From Paraspadella gotoi (Eukaryota > Animalia > Chaetognatha), in NCBI GenBank assembly GCA_051294375.1, contig CM119263.1:9230432-9294431 (forward strand): DNA of 64,000 nucleotides, written 5' to 3'. Numbering within the stretch: the stretch's first letter is position 1; every line of letters starts with the position of its first letter. Below, one piece after another: positions 39,728 through 51,700 of this stretch. The notes under the pieces are model-generated. The model did not search any database, was not told the DNA's origin, and worked only from the letters and a program-made list of their open reading frames with translations. The position numbers and the translations under genes are program-made.

Positions 39728-41528
39728 ATGTCGAACCCCATCCAAGTGATGAGCCTTCCTTTCTACTACCTCTCCAACTTTCTGTCCAACGTCTTTCGCG
39801 TTTTGATGGGCCTGGTGTTGGGATACCGCGTCGGGGGCCCTGGAGGGGCTTTCGCCATGGCCACCACCGCCGCCCGCGAGCACAACGGATGGCGACGGGA
39901 TGGCCTCGTCCACACGACGCCCTTCGTTTTCAAAGGCGTCCGACTTTCCAACTTTCCCTGGTTTAGTCAGAGTATGCTGGAGGACGCGTTGACCGACATC
40001 GCCAAGTTCCCCGTCCGCGACGACGACCTCTTCGTCATCGTCTACCAAAAGTGCGGGCGGGTTTTGCTCAACGAAGTGCTGTACATGCTGTACTCGGGGG
40101 AGAAGCGGCTGCCAAGAAACATGAGACCCAACCTAGTGCTAGAGTCTTTCCCGAAGCCGTTGCAGGTTTTCGGGGCGAAGAAAGGGCCGAGGGTCATTTT
40201 TACTCACCTGCCGAAGAGGTTTTTACCTAAGCAAGTACTGGAGGGCAAATGCAGAGTCATTCGATGCTCGAGGTAAGCTTAAGAATTAATAGTTATAAAA
40301 AAAACTAAATATTAACCTAAAATAATACTAAAAATGTTTCTCGACTTATAAAACAATGTCAATATACTTGTAACATATACCAGTTCCACCCCTTTCTGTT
40401 CAGCCTTTTAGATATTATGAGGTTATCATTAATGATTTTCTTACAGAAATTATGCGTGATATCTATTTAGAAAACTAAGGCAGGAAGTAATATAATCTTG
40501 TTGTACAGATGCTCAATCTATTTTCAGAAGACAACACTAACAACCCTTTCCCATTAATAATATGATGGATAGAATATAATAGAATATAATTGAATGGATA
40601 ATTTTTATATTGGTTTTACCAATTTCATAATATTTTGATTGAGACTTAGATTATCAAAATCTAAAATTAATACAAAATAATAGTAAAGAAAATACAGAAT
40701 GTATTATATAATTTTGATGAATATTATAAAATCTAGGACTTAAAATAGTGAAACAAGTAATTTTGCATTTTTCATAATATTTTATGTGCATGTAATTCAA
40801 ATGAAAGAAGTTATCCGACTTCCATTTTCTGGAACCCCATTCAGAAACCCGAAGGACATGCTCGTCGCCCACTACCTTCAGTGCGTCCAAACTCGAACCA
40901 ACTACTACGACGACACCTTCGAAAACTTCGTCCGGCTTAATCTGGAAGAACCTTGTGCGGCCCAGAACGGATCCTACTTCGCCTACGAGCGGGAATACCT
41001 GAAGGAGTTCGGCGGGCAAGACCGAGTCCTGCACCTCACCTTCGAAGATCTGCGGACGAAGACGTTGGAAACGATCAAGAGGATCGACGAATTTCTCGGA
41101 CTCGGAAACTCGGCGGAGTTTCATCAAGTGGTGAGTGAAAAATATTTTTAAAACGATTTGAAGCATTTGTTTATAGCAAAATGCGTATTGGGAAAGGCTG
41201 TAAAGTTTTAATAAAATTTTATAATAATTCCGGTCGTATCGCTATCGTATCTCAATCCTAGTCTTTCTTTTAGTTAAATGATGGCACATAATTCCATCTG
41301 CAGATTTTACACAATTTGCTTTTTACTCTCCAGATCGCCAAGGAGACTGCCTTCGAAAAGATAAGGATATACGAAGAGAATCCCCTTTATCGTCGCGGAA
41401 AGGTGGGCCTGTGGCGCCGCCACGTGTCGGTCGCCGACAACCGCATGATTGACGCGAAGATCAAGAAAGAATGGGGCGGGACCGAGTTGGAGACGATGTT
41501 CGATTACGGCGACGAAGACGAATCGTGA
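39728..41528 (+). CDS. Cytosolic-type (SULT family) sulfotransferase-like protein, 3 exons, ~341 aa (the ATG at 39857 is an alternative start)
   Basis: Exons 39728-40272, 40845-41130 and 41334-41528 are GT-AG and in frame. Motifs: FPVRDDDLFVIVYQKCG, PRVIFTHLP, RNPKDMLV, VLHLTFEDL, IDEFLG and YRRGKVGLWR. Confidence 0.88.
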
Positions 41529-42071
41529 TTTCGCGCGGTTTTCTTTGAGTACAAGATTTGATTTTAACTTTTAAAAAGGTTTTATGATTTGCTAATTCGG
41601 ACTATTTAGTTAAAATTTCAGTTGTTATATAATCGTCGAACGGTAATAATAAAAAAGGAAAAAATATTTTTAAAAGCCAATGCTAAAAATATACGTTTAA
41701 CTTTAAGGGCTCGGTATCAGATACGCAGTTTCTTAAAATTTGTACAAAATATACTGGTTTTTGCATGTTCAATTTTTTTCCCGTCCTGGAGCTTTTTCGA
41801 TAAGAGGTTGAGAGGGCCTTAAAACCAGGAGATCGAGAGAGAAATAAAAGATCATTTCGATCTTCACCAAAACGTAGAATTCTTCATACATCCGACTGTT
41901 CAGCGGAGACACGAAAAGAGAAGCCCGGACCTCTCGCTCGCCCAAGAGGCAAAACTGTTTTTGGCAGCGCCACTTTTCGGGCCGGCGTCGCTGGGTTCCC
42001 CGCCACTTTCTCCCTTATAAATCCACAGGATGAACCTTTTTTTTTTGGCCCAGGACTATTGAAGAGACAGT

Positions 42072-42261
42072 GATTATTGTTATGTGTTAGTGACAGAACC
42101 GTTCAATATAAGCAGTCCCTGAGCTTCGGATCAGGCTGTAACACCATGTTACAGGCGGGTTAAGCGCCCCGTCCCTCTTAACTGCCAGACGACCACCGGG
42201 CTAGAACCCCGGACCTTTGGGTTGGGAGGCGAATGACCTGCCTCCGGCACCAATGGCCGCT
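42072..42261 (-). mobile_element. tRNA-derived SINE-like element
   Basis: Minus-strand head GCGGCCATTGGTGCCGGAGGC...TCGCCTCCCA...CCGGGGTTCTAGCCCGGTGGTCGT has degenerate A/B boxes and a pairing acceptor stem, but a broken anticodon arm. A ~110-bp body and an AAC/AAT-rich tail follow. Confidence 0.55.
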
Positions 42262-44157
42262 GATGAACGGTTGGTGGATTTTAGTCCACCATACTATATA
42301 CTTTAAAAGACGGTCTGGTTACATCCGGTTTTTCGTCCCACGTTCCTCTATTAAATTCCCGGATGTCGAAGACTCTTCCCGGTTTTTCCTACGCGCCGGC
42401 TACGAGAGGCGCTGTCGATTTGTCGTCGCCAGAGGCGACGAAGCTGGCGTCAGCGAGAGGTGAAGAAAACGCAGTCGCGTCGAGGGTGAAAGCGAGAAGG
42501 GGTTAAAAGGACAGGAGTCCAAAAAGGCACGAGTGGGCGTGGAGATAAAACGGGGCGTGGCAGCGAAGGAGGTGTCGGGACTCTGCACCAAGATAAAGAA
42601 ATCCGAGGTCAAAAGTGGCAGCGTTAATGATTAGGCCTAATTAAAGAGGGGAACTTTATTGGTGCTGCCGCTAATCGCCTTCCTCGTTCTTCATTTGGCG
42701 CCGACAAAAATAGGAAAAGAATGAATAATGAAGCAGAATTAATAAAGAAGAATTAAGATGAAAGAATGTATTTAAGATAATGAGGTTTTTATGCGATACT
42801 TATGGAGCAATAATGAACAGGTCCACATTATAGTACATATACGTACAATGACTAACGCACGAAGAGAACGTTCAATTGGGCAAAAATTGTGTAAAAGATT
42901 AAATTCATCACTAGGAATTTTTAACGGAGCAAAAAGGCAAACCTTTCTTTCCTTCCCCTAGAATTTTCATCAGATCGACTCCTCGGACGCTGATCATTTG
43001 TCAGGAAAAAGAAAAGATCTTTCCCCGTCGTCGATTTCCGCCGCCTGAGGTCGCTCTCTCTCTCTCGAGCAGACAAGTGGCTCTGCCTCCCGCCGATGGA
43101 TCTTTTTTATGAATAATGGGTCCGCTAATGGATGTTCCCGCACCTCTGATGGCAAAGCCGCGGTGATTCCGGGCTCGGAGGGATGGAGAGGGAGAGAGAG
43201 GGAGAGAGAGAGAGAAGGACATATACGAGTAAGAATGTTGTTGCCACAAATTACTTTTGTCCATAACTATCGAGAATTACTTATATTACGTACCGACTAC
43301 GCTATATTTAACTTAATTTTATTATTATATTAAAATTACTTACTCCCTTACGTATTTGAAGTCATATATTCGCAATACTTGAATACAATATACATTGATA
43401 ACAAAAAGTAGGCCTATTTACATTAAAAAAGAATTATCCATTCTCTAAATCCACTACGTTAGCATTTAAGAATATAGTTATCTTTCCGGTAAACGGTCTA
43501 AATAATAGTAAATGTAAATCGAAAAATAGACCCTATTGCAACATGGTAATATATTTTATAGAGGGCAGTGAAAATTAAAATAAAAAGTAGAAAATGAATA
43601 CTAGATAGCGAGTAGTGAAAAAAGATATAGTAAGAAGACTAAAATAGTAATGAGGACCACTTAAAAGAAGACAAGTTCAAAGGATGACAAGAGGTTCAAA
43701 GTCCTCTTTATCTCGATGGCCGGCCAGGAGGCAGGAATGATAAATGAAAAAAATTCGAAACGGAAAAAAAAGTTAGTTTGATAGATGTATGTATGTTACA
43801 AAAGTGGCAGTGTCAGCAAACTTTTTTTTAAAAACAAAATTCAAACAGGCTCTGTTGTATTTTTTCTAAACTTAAAAAAAATTAAAAATAAAAAAAAAAC
43901 AAGTTTTTTTTCCAATTCTTCATGGTTTACACCTGTTTATATATAAGTAATAAATAAATAGTCTTTTTACTCGCATTTAAGCCTAAAAATATACCGACCT
44001 AACATCTAAGCTTTCGATCTCAACCCAAATCCGTGCTTTCGAGTAGATCGGACGGCAATTAAAACTTAAAACACAGGCCAAGGTAACCCCCACCCCAAAT
44101 TGCAAAAATATCTCCCACCAAAAACTGTCCAAATCATTATCTTCGCTTCCTCAGAAT

Positions 44158-44703
44158 TCAATCATCCTTGCTCTTCAAGAACTCGTCGTATCCAGCTTCG
44201 TCCATGAGGTCCTCCATTTCCTGCGGGTTGCTCAGCCGGATCTTAAAGAGCCAACCCTCGTCGTAGGGACTGCTGTTGATAAGGCCGGGGTTTTCTACGA
44301 GCGACTCATTGACGGCAACGACGACGCCGGAGACCGGCGTGTAGATCTCCGACGCCGCTTTCACGCTCTCCAGCGCGCCGCATTCGTCGTCGGCGTCCAG
44401 GTCCGCATCGACGTCGGGCATCTGAGCGTACACGATGTCGCCCAACGCCTCCTGGGCGTATTCAGACACGCCCACCGTGCCAACGCCGTCAGTCAGCGTC
44501 ACCCATTCGTGCTTGACGCTGAAGCGACGCTCGGCGGAGGCGACAGCGGCGGTGTTGGCGAAGTGGCGTCCGAGCGGCGAGAGGCGAGGGACGGGCGGCG
44601 TAGAGAGGAGTGACGCCAGTGGAAGTGGGGATTGTTTAAGAAGAGGCGATGGCGTTGAGATGAACCGCGGTAATGTCAGGAGACAAAGTCGTGTCGCCGC
44701 CAT
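44158..44703 (-). CDS. GCSH: Glycine cleavage system H protein (lipoyl carrier), single coding exon, 181 aa
   Basis: KHEWV, GTVGVSEYAQEALGDIVY, lipoyl-lysine motif ALESVKAASEIYTPVSG, and INSSPYDEGWLFKI. The Arg/Ser/Leu-rich N-terminus resembles a mitochondrial transit peptide. Confidence 0.97.
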   Translation of the reverse strand: MAATRLCLLTLPRFISTPSPLLKQSPLPLASLLSTPPVPRLSPLGRHFANTAAVASAERRFSVKHEWVTLTDGVGTVGVSEYAQEALGDIVYAQMPDVDADLDADDECGALESVKAASEIYTPVSGVVVAVNESLVENPGLINSSPYDEGWLFKIRLSNPQEMEDLMDEAGYDEFLKSKDD

Positions 44704-45712
44704 TTTTTTTTTTTTTTTAGTTTTATTCCGTTTTGTTTAACTGAAAATGTAACGGAAGATGTATTGTGCAAATACAAAAACAAAAAAAGACAAATAAATG
44801 GCAGTTTTTTTTTTTTTTTTTCTGTTAACCGTCGCTAAGACCGTGAGCAATTTCAAGCATATCAAACTTGAAGTGTGTTGAATTAAAAAGCGAACGAACG
44901 ATGAGTGAAGAAGCGACAATATGACAATTCACCCAAATGTGCTAAGAGACAATCCATGAGAAAAAATACCACGATTGTTAAACTGATTCTAGGTGCAGCC
45001 AAGCAATTTTTTAAGAAAAAAAAACGTAAAAAAAAAAGTAAAAAAAATTTAAATGTTAAATTTTTCCGATTTTCCATAATGGCTAAAGCGATTTATTGGT
45101 TTCTTAAATGTCGACTTTAAAGGTTTTTTATCACGAAAAACGAAAAATAAACAAACAAACACGTGGTGGAATATCTCTTTGCAAGCTACGTAAGCTGACG
45201 ACAAACAAAATCGGGAAAAAACAATGATAATTAGTCATAATTAAAATTTCATCATTCCCTTGCTATAAATAAAGTCCCGGAGATAAAAGCGGTCTAGAAT
45301 GTTAGCTAGAATATTGTAAACTCATATTCAAAGAATAGGTCACAAAATATAAATAGATAGAAAAATTATAAAAATTATAAAAAAATATAATAAAATATTA
45401 GACATTGTCAAAAGAAATAACGTTGAATATCAACTAATGCATACCCATTCAATGCATCTCACGTGACCGTTTCCTCCAATTTTAGTTTTTATCCTCAGAG
45501 TCTCAACATAAAAATATAAAACAAATCAAAACCCATTGGGTTCAAATAAAGATTTATTATTCATTATTTACATATTTTTTTTTCCTGTTGATCCGTAAAC
45601 TAAGATACGCCGATGAACAACTCATTTAAATTAAAGAATTTGGGGAAGGGGGAAAAAAGGAAAAGTCAAGGAGCGAGTCCGTCCGTCCGTCTCGGTCTCT
45701 CTCTTTTTTTCC

Positions 45713-48700
45713 TCACGCCCGAACGGCGTCTTCCTTTCTATTCTCGTTCACGTCTCCTTCCTTCTTCTCGGCGAAGGGCGACTCGTACGCCTCCATTGGC
45801 GGACAAGTGCAGACGATGTTCTGATCGCCGAAGACGTCGTCGATGCGTCCCACCGTCGGCCACCACTTGTTCCGCGGATCGACGAACTTGGCCGGGTAGG
45901 CGGCTGTGACTCGAGCGTACGGCCGATCCCAATTGTCCCCCATGACGAGCGCCTGCGTATGCGGCGCCATCTTGAGAGGGTTGATGCGCTGATCAGCGCG
46001 TCCTTCCTCGACGTCGCGAATCTCCTGCCGGATGGAGATGAGGGCGTCGCAGTAGCGGTCCATCTCCGCCTTGTCCTCCGACTCGGTCGGCTCGATCATC
46101 AAGGAACCCGCGACGGGCCACGACATGGTGGGCGCGTGGAATCCGTAGTCCTGGAGACGCTTGGCGATGTCGACGGCCTCCACGCCCGAGGTCTTTTTGA
46201 ACTGGCGACAGTCGAGGATAAACTCGTGGGCGCAGAATCCGTTCTTGTTGACGAACATGACGGGGTAGTGCTTCTCTAGGCGACGCATCATGTAGTTGGC
46301 GTTGACTATGGCAATCTCCGTCGCTTTGCGAAGGCCCTTGTTCCCCATCATCTTAATGTAAGCCCAGGAAATGGGGAGGATGGCAGCGGAGCCCCAGGGA
46401 GCCGCGGATACGGCGCCTGTCATCATCGTCTGGGGGTCCTCCTCCAAGTTATCCAAGGCGCACTGGATGACGGGGTGTTGGGGCAGGAAGGGCGCGAGAT
46501 GGGCCTTGACACCGATGGGGCCCATTCCGGGTCCGCCGCCGCCGTGGGGGATGCAGAAGGTCTTGTGGAGATTGAGATGGGAGACGTCGGATCCGTAATC
46601 GCCTGGGCGCATGATGGCCACCTGGGCATTCATGTTGGCGCCGTCAAGGTACACCTGGCCGCCCATTTCGTGGACAAAGTCGCAGATTTCGGAGATGGTC
46701 TCGTCGAAGACCCCGTTGGTCGACGGGTAAGTCACCATCACGGCCGCCAGATTGTCCTTGTGCTTCTTGGCCATTTTGCGGAAATGGTCCATGTCAACCG
46801 CACCGGCGTTGTCAACGTTGATCGCCTGCACCTTCATACCGGCCATCTGGGCCGAGGCCGGATTAGTTCCGTGGGCGGAGAGTGGAATCAGACAGACGTC
46901 GCGATGGGGCTGTCCCTTGGACTCCAAGTAGGCCTGTAAAAACAAAAGGATGGGAAATTGAAAAAATTTAAATCTAAATAAAGTCAAATCAAAACAAATA
47001 GCAGATTCTATTATTTTAAATGGAATAATTACTGTCAAAATAGAATTATTTTGTGAGTAAAATAAATCGTCATGCTTGTTTATTTCCTCATTTTAAAACG
47101 GATAAAAATTTTTAAAAAAGCGGACGAGAAAGATTACCTTAATCGCTCTTAGTCCCGCGTATTCGCCCTGAGCCCCGCTGTTCGGCTGGAACGAGATGTC
47201 GTCGTATCCCGTGATCTCGCACAAGTCGCGCTTGAGGTCTTTCAAGATGTGCTGATATCCTTTGCTCTGATCGAGAGGCACAAAGGGGTGGATCTCGGTA
47301 AACTCGTGATAGGAGCACGGCATCATCTCTGTCGACGAGTTGAGCTTCATGGTGCAGGAGCCGAGCGGGATCATCGAGTGCACGAGCGCCAGATCCATGT
47401 TCTCCAGCTTCTTCATGTAGCGCACGATGAGCGCCTCCGAATGGTACATGTTGAAGATCGGGTGCTCCAGGAAGTCCGAGGTGCGGCCAAAGGGCGTGTT
47501 CAGCACGCTGGCGGCGGGGCGGACGCCGCTGACGGCCTCGGCAATGACGGCGGCGTTGGTCTCGCAGCCGAAGACCCAAAGGAGGTCGTCGATGTCCGGT
47601 TCGTTGCAGGTCTCGTCCATGGCCACTCCCACGCATCCGTCGTCGTAGTAGCGAAGATTAATTTTCTTCTCTTGGGCGCGACGTTTGAGATCCGCCTGAC
47701 TCATTCCAGCCAGGCGAACCTTGATAGTGTCGAAGACCATCCCGTCGTTGTTCTCCACAAAGTGACCCGCCTGTTTAATGCCTTCGGCCAATAGGAGGAC
47801 GCCGTTGTGGATGCGTTCCGCGATCGATCTTAGAAGGGATGGTAGGGAGAGAGTGAAACAAACATATGTAAACCATGAATATTAATGCTTTTGATGAAAT
47901 TGTTGACATTTTGTGACAAAAAAATTATCGGCCTATTCTGAATCAATGGCTCGCCGTCTTTTGTACAAAACCCAAGATACAACCGAGATTGAAAATTTTA
48001 TCTAAAATCTTCTATCTTTCTGTCTTTATTACTAATAAACATAGCAAAAGACAAAACATTTTATGCGGCTTACGTTCAAAATAATCAGATTGGATTAGTG
48101 TTATATATTTATAACTTATAAACAAAAAAATGACAAAGTTTGTTCCGAAAGAAAATATACGATAACCTAATGTTTACTTGTAGTTTTCTTAAAATACTTA
48201 TAAACTTCGTATAATAAAGCGAATGCCGTTTATTTTTCTCATGACCTCGCTGCCCGGAACCATTTTCACTCACTTGAGCCCTTCGGGTCCGTGATACACT
48301 GCGTACATGGCGCTCATATTGGCGAGGAGCGCCTGCGCCGTGCAGATGTTCGAGGTGGCCTTGTCGCGACGGATGTGCTGCTCCCGCGTTTGCAGCGCCA
48401 GGCGGTATGCCTCGTTGCCGTGGGCGTCGCGGGTGACGCCGATCATGCGTCCCGGCATCATGCGCATCAACTTCTGCGTGACGGAGAAGAATCCGGCGTG
48501 TGGACCACCGTAGCCGAGAGGGACGCCAAAGCGTTGGGCGTTCCCAAGGGCGATGTCGAAACCGTATTCGCCTGGACGAATGAATATTTTTTTTGTAAAT
48601 AAAGATATAGATAATATCGATATACAGTACCGGTCTTGGCTTTCCTTCATAAGTCCAGGNNNNNNNNNNNNNNNNNNNNNNNNNNNNNNNNNNNNNNNNN

Positions 48701-51700
48701 NNNNNNNNNNNNNNNNNNNNNNNNNNNNNNNNNNNNNNNNNNNNNNNNNNNNNNNNNNNAAGGTCATGATTTTCAAGTCACTATGCCCAGATTTTTTATG
48801 TAACTTTTTGAATTAGTTCATTTGGTTTTGCACTGAAGCTTTTAAATATTTATTAATATAAATAATTATATAAAGTTTTGACGGAATTGTGCCAGTGGAA
48901 ATGAGTTTAGATGGAAAAAACACAAGTCACATTTACTTGAATCTTTAATATTAATGATTACTAATAAATGTTTTAATTAATTAATTAATTAACTAATTAA
49001 TTAATTAATGTGAAAAAATGATGCAAGTTAAAAAATCTTAAAAGCATAAAAGCATAAAAGCAATTGCATAAAAAGAGAGAGAGAGTGAGAGAGAGAGAGA
49101 GAGAGAAGGAAACATAAAATAAAATAGAGGATATTTGTTTGTTTTGATAAAATGTAAACAAAACATATTTAATAACTGTCCTAACCCAATTTTAAGGACA
49201 TCGATGATGATAAGTTGAATATAAATTTAAAATTAATTATTACATATTAAAATTAATTAATTAATTAATCGATTAATTAATTAATTAATTATTCGATTAA
49301 TTAAGTCTTAGCTTTTCAAAATTAAGACTCGAAAATATGAGTCGAAACATGTACGGTATTATTGCGAATAAAATCGTAACAGCCAATAACAATTTCGTTT
49401 TTCCTTAAATACACAATGTTAATTTATTAAAATAAACCTTGCTCATAGGCTGTAGAAGAACTTAACCGAATTGCAAAAATAATCATAAATTATTTTTAAC
49501 GGAATATCGGTCGGTCGGTAATTTTCCTCTCCCCCTCAAACACCGTTTTCTCTTTTCCTCCGGATGGCGCATGATCAATTCTTTTTTTCGATCGAAGTCC
49601 TCGTTAGATAACCTCTTTGACCAGTTTTAAATACGGCCCGGATTGCGCTTAAACTGATTTCATTTCTTTTTGCACGAGATTTAATATGAATAGACGCTTG
49701 CCTCATTGGTTGAAAGCATTGCTTTCACTGGACGCTCTGGATCAGCCTCAGCACGGATGACGGCGATGCCGGAGTTGCCCGAGATTCCCGTCAAAAGGGA
49801 ACCGATTCCGACGGTCAAAGGGTATTTTCTCCTACCATATGGCGCCCATCCCGCCGTTCTCGCCCCCCTCCACATGACCTCCAGAAATGAGTCGAGACGC
49901 CCTCGGATCCTCCCTTTTTCCCGTTCGACATCCAGCCGGGAGTTGACAGATACATCAGCGGCGCCGAGGGAATAACATCCCTACCCTCGACTTACGACTC
50001 TGGGTGAAGCGTGCTATCTTCTCCCGCCCCAGCCGCCAATACGGCACGTATCAGGCAAGAGGGTTTGTTCCGCGGCCCCGCCGCCAGCACGCAGCGCGAT
50101 CTGTCAGGTCGCCAAGACTGGAAACGACGAGAGCACATACAGTTACCGGGTCTTGCTTTCCTTCATAAGTCCAGGAAGCTCTATATCTTCTATAATATAT
50201 GAATGAATGACTGTGATAATGTGTGTGGGAGTAGAACTCGGGTTATTGGTCTATTCCCCCATTCTATTATTTCCAAAAAAAATTTTTTGAAGTTTGTTTT
50301 GACCATCATGTTAAGAAAAAAAATTATGGTTTGGGCATTACTGTGCTCAAAGATACAATTGAACGAATAATTTTTTTGCTCAGTAAAATATACTCTAACA
50401 TTTACTTGGTCTAATTGGCATTAAAGTGTTAGCTGTAAAAAAAAACATTATTTATAATTTATGCGTAGTTGCTAATTATAATAATTTAGCTTATATTTAT
50501 TTGTTATTTATTAGTTAAACTTTTTATTATATAAAAATTAATAGTGATTGGATAGGCCAATTATTCCTGCTAATCAAATATAATTTTTTTTATAATTAAC
50601 TAAATAGTGCATTTTTAATATATATTACTCTAAAAATATGATTTTTTGATATAATAATATTTTTTAAAAAAAAGTTTATGCCAACTATTGGTGAAATGTT
50701 ACTGATTACCAAATATATAAATTTTTTTCAAATTCTGGATAACCCTTTAACGAAATACAGCCCCAAAAAAGCCCTAAAAATGGTTTAAAAACACCTATTT
50801 TTTAAACCTTTCTAAAAACTGCAATAACACGAATTTTCAACTCAAATTTTTAATGTATATTAGAATTGGGTAGTATTTTATGGCCTGAAAAAATCAGAGA
50901 CGTAGTAATAATTTTACTCTAACTATAAGTATAATAGGAGACGTCCTAAGTAAGATTACATAGGTAATGAATATTTTTCTCGTTCAGTTTTCTCGTATTT
51001 TTTCTTCTCTTTGTTCTCTTCTTGCTGCATGTGTATTACTAACCTCTCCCTTCTTCATTCTCTTTTCTCTCTCTCTCTCTTCTCGTGTGTGTGTGTCTCT
51101 CTCTCTTTATCTTTCTCTCTCTCTCACTCTCTCTCCCATTCCTACTCCTCTCTCTCTCCCATTCTACTCTTCTCGCTCTGACATTTTTCTGTCAGTTGAG
51201 CTTTAACTCGTGAGAGACTGTGCTATGATTAGGCTGAATTTTTCTAATTTTAATTATTTTGAGGGTGGTTGTGATTCCAAAAATATTAGGACCTCTCATT
51301 TCCCCGTATTTTAAAGAGGTTTTAAGAAAGTAGAATCAGGCAACTAAAGAATAAAACAAGTTGAGCAAACAAACGTCGGATCTGCTTCGATAATTTGATC
51401 AATTGCTATAATTTGGTCACTGGCATAATTTTGGTCACGGCATAATTGGCCAGTTGGCATAATTTGGTCAACTGACATATTTTATCGGCTGGCATAATTT
51501 GGTCAAATAGAATAATTTAGTCAACTGGAATAATTTGGTTAACTTGAAAAATTTGGTCAACTTTCATAATTTAGTTTATTTGCATAATTTAGTCAACTTG
51601 CATAATTTGGTTAACTGGCATAATTTAGGCAACTGCATAATTTTGTCTAGTTGCATTATTTGGTCAACTTGCATAATTTGGTACCTGGCATAATTGGTCA

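Noticed and set aside
45959-48602. Long plus-strand ORFs overlapping GLDC (and similar ones opposite GCSH and the sulfotransferase)
   Set aside because: Antisense shadows of GC3-rich coding sequence.
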